Source: a virus
IMG/VR virus record: IMGVR_UViG_3300045988_187455
Span: 1-37,829 of that record
DNA: 37,829 nt
Direction: 5' to 3' (one strand)
The notes under the pieces were generated by a model, which saw only the letters and a program-made list of their open reading frames with translations, was not told the origin of the DNA and made no database searches. The position numbers and the translations under genes are program-made. Shown in pieces: positions 1 to 8,726 of this stretch; the first letter of the stretch is position 1, and each line of letters begins with the position of its first letter.

Positions 1-1125
1 ATGATGATAAAAAAAGAGGTGCGAGAAATGGCAGTTAAAAAAGATGAAGCAACAGGCAAATGGATGTATTACGGTTCATACAAATTGAACGGTAAAACAA
101 AGCAATATAAGAAGCGTGGCTTCGAAAAAAAGAAGGACGCTATAAAAGCCGAGATTCTATTCAAAGAAAATTTAAAAGAACCAAACGCAACCATCACATT
201 TAAAGAACTATCTTATCAATATCAAGTATACAGTGAAAAGAGAATTAAGGAAAGCTCATACTTAACGCAGAGAGCAATTCTAAAATATTGGGAAGATGAG
301 TTGGGAGAATGTGAAATAAAAAAGCTTACATCAAACAATATAGAAAAGTTCATTAATAAATTAATGCAATCAATGTCATTTAATTCAGTACTTAACTATT
401 ATACGAAATTTAGAGCAGTATTGAATTACGCAGTAAGGCAAGGCTATATTCAAGTGAGTCCGTGCGATAATATTGATTTAAAGAAAGACCCAAACGAAAA
501 GAAGAAAGACATGATGTATTGGACAGTTGAGCAATTCAACAAGTTTATAGCGAATGAAAATAAGCCTGTATATCATTTATTGTTTATGAATCAATTTTAT
601 ATGGGAATGAGAATAGGTGAAACATTGGCTTTACAGTGGAAGGATATTGATTTAATAAACAATACCATCAACATACAAAAGACATGGGCAGAAACATTGA
701 GAAAAGCAACAACGCCAAAAACAAATAATAGCTATAGATTAATTACTATGCCACAGTTTCTATCTGATGAATACAAGATATTTAAAGAGAATATGCACGC
801 AAATGAGGATGACTATATATTCGGCATGACAATACCTTTTTATCGTAGTTCGGTTAGAAGAGAACTGAATGAGACTATTAAGAAAACAAATATCAAGTTA
901 CCGCAAAATGAGCAGATACCTATTATCAGAATACACGATTTAAGGCACTCCTGCGCTTCTTACATGATTAATAATATGGTTACAAATGGAACAGTGAATT
1001 TCTCAGTATATGACATTGCAAAAAGACTAGGAGATAACCTTGATACAGTGCTTTCAGTATATGCTCATTGGCTACCTCAAGCCGATAAAGGTATTGTACA
1101 ATTTATGGAGAAAGACAAATTTTAG
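1..1125 (+). CDS. int: Tyrosine-type site-specific integrase
   Basis: 374-aa ORF; catalytic-domain motifs readable (MRIGETLAL, HDLRHSCASY, LGDNLDTVLSVYAHW with terminal Tyr); start may be ATG 1, 4 or 28. Confidence 0.9.
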   Translation: MMIKKEVREMAVKKDEATGKWMYYGSYKLNGKTKQYKKRGFEKKKDAIKAEILFKENLKEPNATITFKELSYQYQVYSEKRIKESSYLTQRAILKYWEDELGECEIKKLTSNNIEKFINKLMQSMSFNSVLNYYTKFRAVLNYAVRQGYIQVSPCDNIDLKKDPNEKKKDMMYWTVEQFNKFIANENKPVYHLLFMNQFYMGMRIGETLALQWKDIDLINNTINIQKTWAETLRKATTPKTNNSYRLITMPQFLSDEYKIFKENMHANEDDYIFGMTIPFYRSSVRRELNETIKKTNIKLPQNEQIPIIRIHDLRHSCASYMINNMVTNGTVNFSVYDIAKRLGDNLDTVLSVYAHWLPQADKGIVQFMEKDKF

Positions 1126-1207
1126 AACTAAAAATTACCCTTGAAATATAGTTATATTCGTAATAACCTTAGAGTTATTAAAAACTATAAAGAAAGGGGG
1201 AAGCCAC

Positions 1208-1336
1208 GTGACGAAGTATGAAATGTATGTATTAATTAATAGAATGCTAGAAGAGTTAGAAGAAAAAGAAGTGGCAAGAGTTTATGAGTATACTCAACGG
1301 ATTTGGATAAATTCCACAGATGAAAAGAGCGATTAA
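1208..1336 (+). CDS. Small hypothetical protein (42 aa, GTG start)
   Basis: GTG 7 nt after AAAGAAAGGGGG; translation VTKYEMYVLINRMLEELEEKEVARVYEYTQRIWINSTDEKSD; stop lies inside the terminator stem; below ORF-track size cutoff. Confidence 0.3.
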   Translation: MTKYEMYVLINRMLEELEEKEVARVYEYTQRIWINSTDEKSD

Positions 1337-1348
1337 TTTCGCTCTTTT
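1323..1348. terminator. Bidirectional rho-independent terminator between convergent genes
   Basis: AAAAGAGCGA / TCGCTCTTTT 10-bp stem, 6-nt loop, T-run on + strand and A-run upstream (T-run on - strand). Confidence 0.6.
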
Positions 1349-1353
1349 TTATT

Positions 1354-1998
1354 TTAGTTTGGAAACCATTGAATTTCTTTAAATGTTGGTACATCATCAG
1401 TGTTCCCTGTCCAATCACAAGTGATGACAAAGCCCGGTTTCTTATCGTCTACATATACATATCCTTTTACTGCATATGAATTATCTTGTTTAATCCAATC
1501 AAAATTTGAAATTTTATCTAATTTATCTATTTTGAAATTTGTATGCAATGTGATTGCTATTTTTACCCAATCATATAAAGCTTCTTTTTCTGCTTGTGTC
1601 ATAATAACGGTTCTAGGCATTCTAGTAACTGAACCATTTTCATAGAATACTGTTTCATCCTTTTTAACAGTGCTTACAGTATCATCTTTAATATTAAAGG
1701 TAATATCAGTATCTATATATTTAATTGTGCAAGAATCATCATCTAAATACGTGATATGAAGTTTTGATTTTTTGATTCCTAGTTCTTTCGCAACGGATAC
1801 GATAGATTTTACTTCTTTTTCCGGTACATCCCAATTTTCTGCAATTTCTTCAGTGTATGTAAGCTTTTTTTGAGGTTCACTAGGCATAATAGCAATAATT
1901 GCATAAAAAACGACAATAATAATTGCACACCATAGTAATATCTTTTTCTTCTTACTTCCACCTTTTTGAATAGGTGGTGTTTTAGTTTTGTTCCGCAT
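1354..1998 (-). CDS. Membrane-anchored protein co-transcribed with repressor (candidate superinfection-exclusion or lysogeny-expressed surface protein)
   Basis: 214 aa; basic N-terminus, one TM helix (ILLWCAIIIVVFYAIIAIM), about 170-aa extracytoplasmic domain; ATG 1998 with AAGGAA SD; overlaps repressor 3' end by 17 nt. Confidence 0.7.
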   Translation of the reverse strand: MRNKTKTPPIQKGGSKKKKILLWCAIIIVVFYAIIAIMPSEPQKKLTYTEEIAENWDVPEKEVKSIVSVAKELGIKKSKLHITYLDDDSCTIKYIDTDITFNIKDDTVSTVKKDETVFYENGSVTRMPRTVIMTQAEKEALYDWVKIAITLHTNFKIDKLDKISNFDWIKQDNSYAVKGYVYVDDKKPGFVITCDWTGNTDDVPTFKEIQWFPN

Positions 1999-2359
1999 TG
2001 TCTAATTCCTTAATAATTCCATAAATGAAATCTAATAACCTTTCTTTCGTTTCTTCACTTGATTTTAGATAAGCCTTGATAAGTGGCTTTTGGTTTGGAT
2101 TGATTTGGTATTCTTCTATGAGTTCGTCAATAGTGTTATCCGGTACATCCAAGAACATATCACCTTTACCCTCAGTTAACCAAAAGTAATCGGCATTAAA
2201 TGTTCTACAGATGTTTTTTAGAATGTAATCATTCATATTTCTAACGCCACTTTCATAACTTGCAACAGAATTTCTAGAAACACCAATTCTTGAGCCAAAC
2301 TCTGTTTGAGTTAAATTTAATGCATTCCTTAACTCTTTTACTCTTTCTCCTGTAGTCAA
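1982..2359 (-). CDS. cI-like XRE-family HTH repressor
   Basis: 125 aa; N-terminal HTH (LNLTQTEFGSRIGVSRNSVASYESG); TTG start 7 nt after AAGGAGGT; divergent from early operon. Confidence 0.85.
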   Translation of the reverse strand: MTTGERVKELRNALNLTQTEFGSRIGVSRNSVASYESGVRNMNDYILKNICRTFNADYFWLTEGKGDMFLDVPDNTIDELIEEYQINPNQKPLIKAYLKSSEETKERLLDFIYGIIKELDNAEQN

Positions 2360-2398
2360 AAAAATAACCTCCTTTATTTCATTTTATCATTAAAAATA

Positions 2399-2456
2399 TA
2401 AATGTACACAAAAATTACAATTTATGCTTGTAAATGTACACAATGTGTTGTATACT
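2399..2456. promoter_or_regulatory. Lysogeny-switch region: rightward early promoter plus two direct operator-like repeats
   Basis: TAAATGTACACAA at 2399-2411 and 2431-2443 (32-bp spacing, TGTACA core); -35 TTGTAA 2428-2433, 17-nt spacer, -10 TATACT 2451-2456; second repeat fills the spacer. Confidence 0.5.
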
Positions 2457-2512
2457 ATACACGTAAGTTACAAAACATTACAAAATATTACGAAACATGG
2501 AGGACGCAAGAA

Positions 2513-2650
2513 ATGACAAACGAAGAAATTATCCAAAACACAAAGAAAACATTAGGAATGGGAGAATTTGAACCATTGCACACTTTCCAAAAATGGAAAG
2601 AAATGGGATTCAAATTGAATCAAGTTGAAAGAATAGCTCCTACAAATTAG
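2513..2650 (+). CDS. First early-operon protein (45 aa, no recognisable HTH)
   Basis: ATG 2513 after GGAGGA; the track start at 2402 lies in promoter/operator DNA. Confidence 0.55.
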   Translation: MTNEEIIQNTKKTLGMGEFEPLHTFQKWKEMGFKLNQVERIAPTN

Positions 2651-2726
2651 TCGAAATAAGCCGAAGGGCTTATCTGCTAGAGTTGACCTACTAGCACTGA
2701 TGATGACAGGTCATGGAGGTGAAACA

Positions 2727-2855
2727 ATACTAGACAAAAGAATTTTTGAAGCCTTAGGCGAACTACAAAAGAAAGGCTATGAGCTTTCAGAATTTCATCA
2801 AGGATATATCGCTTGTATCTTAGATGAATCGAAAAGAGGTGAGAATCATGACTAA
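2727..2855 (+). CDS. Small hypothetical protein (possible ATA start)
   Basis: Open frame from ATGATG 2700 (no SD); GGAGGTG 2715-2721 then ATA 2727; stop overlaps next start (ATGACTAA). Confidence 0.3.
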   Translation: MLDKRIFEALGELQKKGYELSEFHQGYIACILDESKRGENHD

Positions 2856-3027
2856 AACATATTTCGTAACCTTCGATGTGACTGCAAATGTCACATTCGA
2901 GGTTGAAGCACATGACAGTGTAGAAGCAAAAGAAATTGCTAATCACTTGGATGTTAGAGATTTGCAGGAAGTAAATAAAATCAACACTTGTGAATCTAGA
3001 ATGGAGGTGTATGAAAGTGATTATTGA
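2848..3027 (+). CDS. Hypothetical acidic protein (59 aa)
   Basis: ATG 2848 after AAGAGGTGA; the track start at 2824 lacks an SD. Confidence 0.6.
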   Translation: MTKTYFVTFDVTANVTFEVEAHDSVEAKEIANHLDVRDLQEVNKINTCESRMEVYESDY

Positions 3028-3268
3028 GTATAAAGCGTTGCTTAATAAGGATGATTTGGTGAAATTATTTGGAATGGATGAAATGTCAAAAGGAGGACAA
3101 AGAAACAAGGCAAGTAAAATCATGAAGTCGGTTAAAGAGCAATACAAAAAAGACAACGGGATTGATTGGAAAGATACATTTATTTATAAGAATGTATCAC
3201 AAAATGTAATTCCAACAGAGACATTTTTAAAGTGTTGCCCTGAGTTTAGGAAATCATTTAGGAGATAA
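3011..3268 (+). CDS. Hypothetical protein
   Basis: GGAGGTG followed by ATG 3011 and GTG 3017 (either could be the start); overlaps previous gene. Confidence 0.6.
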   Translation: MKVIIEYKALLNKDDLVKLFGMDEMSKGGQRNKASKIMKSVKEQYKKDNGIDWKDTFIYKNVSQNVIPTETFLKCCPEFRKSFRR

Positions 3269-3272
3269 AGAC

Positions 3273-3503
3273 ATGCAAGATATAAGAATGAATGCAATAC
3301 ATGAGGATGAAATGGAGTTGAGCATTTATCCATTTGATTCAAAACGAATACATTTAAGCAAAGAAGAAAAAGAACTTATTAGAGAACAAAGGTATCAAAA
3401 AAGAATCACAAATTGCGTAAATGTAATTCTAATTACAACAATCGTGATTCTACTTATTTCAATAGCTTGTTTAGGTAAGTCGTATGCAATGTTATTTCTA
3501 TAA
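3273..3503 (+). CDS. Hypothetical protein with C-terminal TM helix
   Basis: ATG after AGGAGA; C-terminal VNVILITTIVILLISIACL hydrophobic segment. Confidence 0.65.
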   Translation: MQDIRMNAIHEDEMELSIYPFDSKRIHLSKEEKELIREQRYQKRITNCVNVILITTIVILLISIACLGKSYAMLFL

Positions 3504-3550
3504 AAAAGAGGTGCGCACCCGACAAAAAGTACGCACACACAAGAAATGAC

Positions 3551-3567
3551 GTTCTTAAATTAAGAAC
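3551..3567. promoter_or_regulatory. 17-bp perfect palindrome upstream of the small HTH gene (operator or hairpin)
   Basis: GTTCTTAA-A-TTAAGAAC; an 8-bp palindrome GTGCGCAC lies at 3511-3518. Confidence 0.35.
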
Positions 3568-3604
3568 ACATACATTATAGCAGATAAAGGAGGAAAACGG
3601 AAGA

Positions 3605-3778
3605 ATGAAAAAGAATAATGATATTAGAGAATTAGCTAAAAAAAATGGAGTGTATTTGTATGAAATTGCAATGGAGTTGAATGTTTCAGAATCTACTTTC
3701 ATTAAAAGTTTAAGAAAAGAACTTACAGACGAAAAGAAAGAAGAAATAAAGCAAATAATCAATCAATTATCAGAATAA
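3605..3778 (+). CDS. Small HTH DNA-binding protein (57 aa; Cro/regulator-like)
   Basis: ATG after AAAGGAGGA; IRELAKKNGVYLYEIAMELNVSESTFIKSL reads as helix-turn-helix; missed by track (<60 aa); the opposite-strand ORF 3454-3762 is a shadow. Confidence 0.6.
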   Translation: MKKNNDIRELAKKNGVYLYEIAMELNVSESTFIKSLRKELTDEKKEEIKQIINQLSE

Positions 3779-3795
3779 AAAAGGAGAAATAGAAG

Positions 3796-4458
3796 ATGGA
3801 AGAAAAGAAAAGCATTTATGAGAAACTTTCATTAATTCAGAATGAAATGAAAGTCGGAAAAAATAATTACAACAAATTCGGGAAATATAACTATCGTTCT
3901 GCCGAAGATATTCTTGCAGAAGCTAAAAAGATTTGTTGCAAGTATAGAACAACTTTAATTCTTACAGATGATATTAAAGTTGCAGAAGCTAGATATTACG
4001 TTGTAGCAAATGCAATATTAATGGATTGGGATTCTCATATAACGGTAGAGGTTACCGCAATGGCTAGAGAAGAAGAAAATAAAAAAGGTATGGACGCTTC
4101 ACAAGTTACAGGTTCATGCAGTTCATATGCTAGAAAGTATGCGTTAAACGGTTTATTTAACTTAGATGATACAAAAGACGCAGATACAGATGAACAACAT
4201 GAAGCAATTCAAAATGCACAAACAAAACAACAGAAAGCCGAAAAAAATGACAAGTTAGATGAAATTCGTATGCGTTGCTTTAAAGCACAAAATGAATTAC
4301 AGAAGCTAGGAATTGATACACATTCAGAAGCGTTTTGTGAGCATTTAAAAGCAGAATATAAAATCAGTTCACAAGATATTCCTAATCTAAATGGAAACGG
4401 TCTAGTGGCATTAATTAAAGCATACGGAGCTATTTACAAAGAAAATGCGAAAGCATAA
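3796..4458 (+). CDS. erf: Erf-family single-strand annealing protein
   Basis: N-terminal KFGKYNYRSAEDIL and central SSYARKYALNGLFNLDDTKDAD motifs typical of the ERF family. Confidence 0.75.
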   Translation: MEEKKSIYEKLSLIQNEMKVGKNNYNKFGKYNYRSAEDILAEAKKICCKYRTTLILTDDIKVAEARYYVVANAILMDWDSHITVEVTAMAREEENKKGMDASQVTGSCSSYARKYALNGLFNLDDTKDADTDEQHEAIQNAQTKQQKAEKNDKLDEIRMRCFKAQNELQKLGIDTHSEAFCEHLKAEYKISSQDIPNLNGNGLVALIKAYGAIYKENAKA

Positions 4459-4471
4459 GGATGAAAGAAAA

Positions 4472-4777
4472 ATGGAATTAGTAAACGTAACAAATGGACA
4501 AATTGAAATTCAACAGGAAGCATTAAGTAAATTGAAATCATTTCAAGAATACAAAAAGGAAATGGACAAATTAGAAAAAGATATTAAGAAAAATATCTTA
4601 GAAGCTATGGAAAAGAACGGTATCAAATCATTTGAAAATGATGTTGTAAAAATTGCATATGTAGAACCATACACAAGAACAACTATTGATACAAAATTAG
4701 TAAATGAATTAGGTCTTATGCACCAATTAGCAAAGGAAACACAAGTTAAATCTAGTGTTAAGGTAACTTGGAAATAA
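4472..4777 (+). CDS. Hypothetical protein
   Basis: ATG 4472 inside track ORF 4445-4777; coding-like composition. Confidence 0.6.
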   Translation: MELVNVTNGQIEIQQEALSKLKSFQEYKKEMDKLEKDIKKNILEAMEKNGIKSFENDVVKIAYVEPYTRTTIDTKLVNELGLMHQLAKETQVKSSVKVTWK

Positions 4778-5064
4778 AACGAGATAAGTCAATCTTACAA
4801 AAAGATATGTCTAAATGCTATGTATGTGGTTCAACATTGAATTTACACACGCATGAAATTTATTTCGGTACTGCTAACCGAAATAAATCAATTGAGCATG
4901 GTTGCTATGTACGTTTATGTGCTAGACATCACAACATGAGCAATGAAGGAGTACATTTCAATCACAAATTAGACATGAAGCTAAAGAAGGAATGCCAACA
5001 GGCATTTGAAGAAGTAAACACAAGAAATGAATTTATGAATATATTTCATAAGAATTATTTATAG
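4774..5064 (+). CDS. Cys/His-rich putative zinc-binding protein
   Basis: CYVCGS..HTHEIYFG..LCARHH pattern; start uncertain: ATA 4774 overlapping upstream stop (ATAA), TTG 4768 or ATG 4807 (no SD). Confidence 0.55.
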   Translation: MKRDKSILQKDMSKCYVCGSTLNLHTHEIYFGTANRNKSIEHGCYVRLCARHHNMSNEGVHFNHKLDMKLKKECQQAFEEVNTRNEFMNIFHKNYL

Positions 5065-5073
5065 GAGGTAAAT

Positions 5074-5304
5074 ATGCATTCATACAATGTGATTAGGAAT
5101 CAAGAATCATATCCTAGAGAAGTCTATTATTCTCAAGCTAAAAGGATTGAAGAGCTTGAAAACTATATTATGGATGAAAACTTTAATCCGTATCAAGATT
5201 CATGGACGGATGTTAAAAGAATGGAAGAGCTAGGAATTACAGAAGAACAAAAGGAATTGTTCAGACTTCAAAAATTTGAAGAAATGGAGCAAATGAGATT
5301 TTGA
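5074..5304 (+). CDS. Hypothetical protein
   Basis: ATG after TAGGAGGTAAAT. Confidence 0.7.
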   Translation: MHSYNVIRNQESYPREVYYSQAKRIEELENYIMDENFNPYQDSWTDVKRMEELGITEEQKELFRLQKFEEMEQMRF

Positions 5305-5852
5305 AAACGAAGTTGATAGGTAACTTCATCCGAAAATCAAGAAATGAAGATGGAAACCTAGAAATAACATTTGAATTAACTGAGCCAATATACGAATCAT
5401 ACGCTCAGACACTCGAAAAAGGGGCATATAGCGTGATTATAGATTCTGTTAAACATTTACGTACGAATAATCAGAATCGGCTTATGTGGGCATTAATCAA
5501 GGAAATAAGTGAAAACGAAAACGCAAGCTACAACGATACATGGGATATGTATTGCGAGTTTTTGAGAATGGCAAAAGCTTTATATACATATGTTTCAGTT
5601 TTGAAAGATGGTGTTGATTCGTTGGCTCAAGCTCATGGAGTTAGAGCGGTGCAAATATTGGGTACTGAGGTTAGAGACAATGGAAACGAATTTGTAAATT
5701 GCAGATTGTTTCTAGGTAGCTCACAAATGGATACAAAGCAAATGGGAGTGTTAATTGATTGCATATTAGATTATGCCGAACAACTAGGAATCAGTACTCA
5801 ATATTATTTAGACAAAGGAATCAAGGTGGAAGAAAATAAAATTTGTAATTAA
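5301..5852 (+). CDS. NinB/Orf-like recombination protein (tentative)
   Basis: TTG start after GGAGC; RTNNQNRLMWALIKEIS segment resembles the NinB family; call from memory only. Confidence 0.5.
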   Translation: MKTKLIGNFIRKSRNEDGNLEITFELTEPIYESYAQTLEKGAYSVIIDSVKHLRTNNQNRLMWALIKEISENENASYNDTWDMYCEFLRMAKALYTYVSVLKDGVDSLAQAHGVRAVQILGTEVRDNGNEFVNCRLFLGSSQMDTKQMGVLIDCILDYAEQLGISTQYYLDKGIKVEENKICN

Positions 5853-6204
5853 AGGAAAACTAGATGGATTGAATGAATATATTAATGCTTGCAGAACAAA
5901 TCGTTACAAAGGAGCAGAAATGAAGAAAAAGAATGAGCGATTAGTTATGGCTTATATCTTACAGGCAGTAAACTTTGGCGAGGTTTACGAAGTTAAAAAA
6001 TACCCAATTAAATTAAATATTAATTGGTATGAACCTAATTCAAGGCGTGATGTTGATAACGTAACATTTGCAACTAAATTCATTCAAGATTCATTAGTTA
6101 GAACAGGAATTTTAGAAGATGATTCAAGGAAATACATTAATCAAGTGAATCATTCAGTATTTACGGATAAACAAAATCCTAGGATAGAGGTAGAAATCAT
6201 ATGA
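5836..6204 (+). CDS. rusA: RusA-like Holliday junction resolvase (ATA start)
   Basis: SRRDVDNVTFATKFIQDSLVRTGILEDDS catalytic-Asp region; conserved N-terminus KFVIKGKLDGLNEY lies upstream of the first canonical start (TTG 5869); AAGGTGGA + 5 nt + ATA 5836. Confidence 0.7.
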   Translation: MKFVIKGKLDGLNEYINACRTNRYKGAEMKKKNERLVMAYILQAVNFGEVYEVKKYPIKLNINWYEPNSRRDVDNVTFATKFIQDSLVRTGILEDDSRKYINQVNHSVFTDKQNPRIEVEII

Positions 6205-6560
6205 GAGAGCAAGAAATGGCATTAAATGTAGCAAAGCAAATTTATTTTGATGAGTTTAATTCATTTTACTTAATTGCAGAAACTGAAGAAGATACAAATG
6301 CAATTGGCGTGTATGAAGAAATGTGTACTTGTTATGACATTACAGAGGAATTTATGTATAGATTAAATGAGTGTAATAGATACACAAAAGAAGGATTAAA
6401 CAAAGAAAGAATAATTGCAATATATAAAGCGTTGCGCAAAATTGACGGATATTTTAGTGATAAAAGAATCAAATGCTATATCGAATACACGGACAAAATC
6501 ATTGATGAAATTCTAAAACAAGTCGTAGTGCTTGGAGGTGAGCAAAATAGCAGTAATTAG
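6201..6560 (+). CDS. Hypothetical protein
   Basis: ATGA overlap with rusA stop. Confidence 0.7.
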   Translation: MREQEMALNVAKQIYFDEFNSFYLIAETEEDTNAIGVYEEMCTCYDITEEFMYRLNECNRYTKEGLNKERIIAIYKALRKIDGYFSDKRIKCYIEYTDKIIDEILKQVVVLGGEQNSSN

Positions 6561-7287
6561 AATTATTAAGAACAAAAACTATACAGTGATGAGCAATACA
6601 CATTTAAAAGATAAGCGCTTATCACTAAAAGCAATAGGCTTGTTAAGTATTGTTCTTGGTTTACCGGAAGATTGGCATTATACAGTAAATGGATTAGTTG
6701 GAATTGTAAAAGATGGGAAAGATTCAGTTGAAAGTGCAATTAAGGAATTAAAAAAGAATGGATATTTAAGAGTAGAGAAGATATATCCTAATGAAAATAG
6801 TAATAGGATTCAATATCAATATACATTCTTTGAGAATCCTCAAGAGGTGGATTTTCAACCCCTTGAAAATCAAGGTATTGAAAAGCAAGGTGTTGAAACT
6901 CAAGTACTTGAAAACCCCTACACTTATAAAGATACTAATAAACCAAATACTAATAAATTAAATACTAATACACAAAGTAAACATAAATACGGTGAATATT
7001 CACACGTGTTACTTACAGATAAAGAACACACACACCTATTAGATTTATATGGTAACTCATTAGATGAGCATATAAAGATATTAGATGAGTATATTGAAAC
7101 GAGTGGAAAGAAATACAAGAACCATTCACTAGTGATTCAGAAGTGGGTACATGATGAATGGATGAAAAGAAATAAAGATAAGCCTATCACACTTGATTCA
7201 AAGTTTTATGCAGAGCAGAACACAAAGACGGATAAAGAGGTACAAGATGAATTTAATAGGCTTAGAGCACAACTATTTGGAGCATAG
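6547..7287 (+). CDS. DnaD-like replication organiser / winged-helix replication protein (ATA start)
   Basis: KNKNYTVMSNTHLKDKRLSLKAIGLLSIVLGLPEDWHYTVNGL N-terminal domain; TTG 6532 and GTG 6538 lie on or inside the SD GGAGGTG (6534-6540); ATA 6547 is 6 nt after it. Confidence 0.65.
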   Translation: MAVIRIIKNKNYTVMSNTHLKDKRLSLKAIGLLSIVLGLPEDWHYTVNGLVGIVKDGKDSVESAIKELKKNGYLRVEKIYPNENSNRIQYQYTFFENPQEVDFQPLENQGIEKQGVETQVLENPYTYKDTNKPNTNKLNTNTQSKHKYGEYSHVLLTDKEHTHLLDLYGNSLDEHIKILDEYIETSGKKYKNHSLVIQKWVHDEWMKRNKDKPITLDSKFYAEQNTKTDKEVQDEFNRLRAQLFGA

Positions 7288-7303
7288 AAAGGTGATTAAA
7301 TAA

Positions 7304-7921
7304 ATGGATTACATGATGTTAGAACCGTACACAAATGAATTTAAAGGGTTTGTGAGCGATAAACAAGTCAAAGAAGAATTAAATCTAACAGGACTACAGT
7401 TTAAAAGATTCGTGCAATTCTCAAAGCTTTATAAAGGTTTCTTATTAATTGAGGATGAATCAGAAGAGAAATCAAGTAGGATTCAAGAAATGAGTCAATT
7501 GGTATGCGAAGGAAGATATGGACGTAAATATTACGTAACTACATTTGGAAATGCTTATACAGTTAAAGATGGAAAAAAAGCACCTTTAAAAGTTGTGAAA
7601 AAAGGTTTAAACACTTATCAAGTTAAGATAAATGGTAGATATAAATCAATGTCTAGATTGATGTATAAAGCTTTCATAGGTGATTTAAAGAACAATGAAG
7701 TTACATACTTTGACGGTGGAAAAACAATAAATCACATTAAAAAAAGCAGTAAGTCAGAACATTGTAGAAGGTACGCAAATTTTAAAAAAGTACAGGTTGG
7801 AGATAAGGTTTACAACAATGTACAAGAATGTGCAAATGATATTGGATATAGCTATTGGACTATACAAGAAAAGCTATATGGAAGAATACAGAATGATATA
7901 GGTGTTAGATACGTTGATTAA
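7304..7921 (+). CDS. NUMOD4/homing-endonuclease-like DNA-binding protein (tentative, possibly degenerate)
   Basis: YYVTTFGNAYTV..YQVKINGRYKSMSRLMYKAFIG resembles NUMOD4; C-terminal VYNNVQECANDIGYSYWTI resembles a NUMOD1-like HTH; no clear HNH motif. Confidence 0.4.
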   Translation: MDYMMLEPYTNEFKGFVSDKQVKEELNLTGLQFKRFVQFSKLYKGFLLIEDESEEKSSRIQEMSQLVCEGRYGRKYYVTTFGNAYTVKDGKKAPLKVVKKGLNTYQVKINGRYKSMSRLMYKAFIGDLKNNEVTYFDGGKTINHIKKSSKSEHCRRYANFKKVQVGDKVYNNVQECANDIGYSYWTIQEKLYGRIQNDIGVRYVD

Positions 7922-7933
7922 GGAGGATTAAGA

Positions 7934-8173
7934 GTGATATTAAAGAATGTATTTATTAACTGCATTTATTTATTAGTTGGCTCATTTGCATTGATGGTTT
8001 CAATTGTCATCATACAAGTTATAATTGAGCACATTATAGAAGTAATTAGAAGATTTAGAAAAGAACGAACATTGATGAGAATTATTAGATTGCGTGAAAA
8101 AGAAATTTTGAAATGTACAAATGCAGATGAATTAAATGAATTAATGAAAAGGATTGAGCATAAACATGAGTAA
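7934..8173 (+). CDS. Small membrane protein
   Basis: GTG after TAAGGAGGA; N-terminal TM (YLLVGSFALMVSIVIIQVII). Confidence 0.55.
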   Translation: MILKNVFINCIYLLVGSFALMVSIVIIQVIIEHIIEVIRRFRKERTLMRIIRLREKEILKCTNADELNELMKRIEHKHE

Positions 8174-8726
8174 ATGTAACAAATGTAAATACGAATATCA
8201 TCCAATGATTGCAACACCATGTGTGTTTTGCAGAGAACAATACGGTGAAGGTAGTCTAGGATATATAACGTTTGGTGATAAATTCCAACCAAAAGAAGAA
8301 CAACCAACAACTGAATATAACGGATGTAACGATTGTTATTATGAATGGTTAGGTGAATCAGGCGCTCCTTGTTGTGAATGCAAACATCGCTTTGAACCTG
8401 GAACAATGGCACGTTTAAAAGCAAAGGATTGTTTTAAGCCTAAAGAAAAAGAACATTCATCAAATTGCACAATATCTAGTGAAGAACGCAATAAAACATT
8501 TACGAATGGGAATTACGGATTTGAAGAAATCGACATGGTCAATCATCCACCACATTATCAACATGGAATTGAACCTATCGAATTTATTGAATCACATAAC
8601 CTTAATTTTAATTTAGGTAGTGCGGTCAAATACATTGCAAGAGCACCTTATAAAGGTACGGAATTATTGGATTTAAAAAAAGCAAAGTGGTTTATAGAAA
8701 GAGAGATTAAAAGACATGAAAAATAG
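8166..8726 (+). CDS. DUF3310-like protein with N-terminal Cys-rich region
   Basis: C-terminal HPPHYQHGIEPIEFIESHNL..GSAVKYIARAPYKG..DLKKAKWFIE matches the DUF3310 pattern. Confidence 0.65.
   Translation: MSKCNKCKYEYHPMIATPCVFCREQYGEGSLGYITFGDKFQPKEEQPTTEYNGCNDCYYEWLGESGAPCCECKHRFEPGTMARLKAKDCFKPKEKEHSSNCTISSEERNKTFTNGNYGFEEIDMVNHPPHYQHGIEPIEFIESHNLNFNLGSAVKYIARAPYKGTELLDLKKAKWFIEREIKRHEK

Noticed and set aside
1161-1180. AT-rich inverted repeat TAATAAC-N6-GTTATTA downstream of int, considered as an attP core or int terminator
   Set aside because: The stem is weak and has no U-run. No matching repeat at the other end of the window supports an att site, and the true att sites probably lie outside the window.
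2656-2713. GAAG-loop hairpin ATAAGCC/GGCTTAT (2656-2673) and inverted repeat TGACCT/AGGTCA (2684-2713), considered as a small RNA or terminator
   Set aside because: The stems are short with no U-tract and sit inside an apparently continuous early operon. The evidence does not go beyond ordinary intergenic structure.
2677-3156. Minus-strand ORFs in the track, including 2677-3156, 3454-3762, 6924-7118, 7966-8424, 9830-10045, 13452-13658, 23275-23757, 27416-27682, 36264-36563 and others
   Set aside because: They lie antisense to well-supported + strand genes. Their translations are low-complexity and rich in Ser, Phe, Leu and Ile, as expected for shadow frames of AT-rich coding DNA. They lack SD sequences and break the operon logic.
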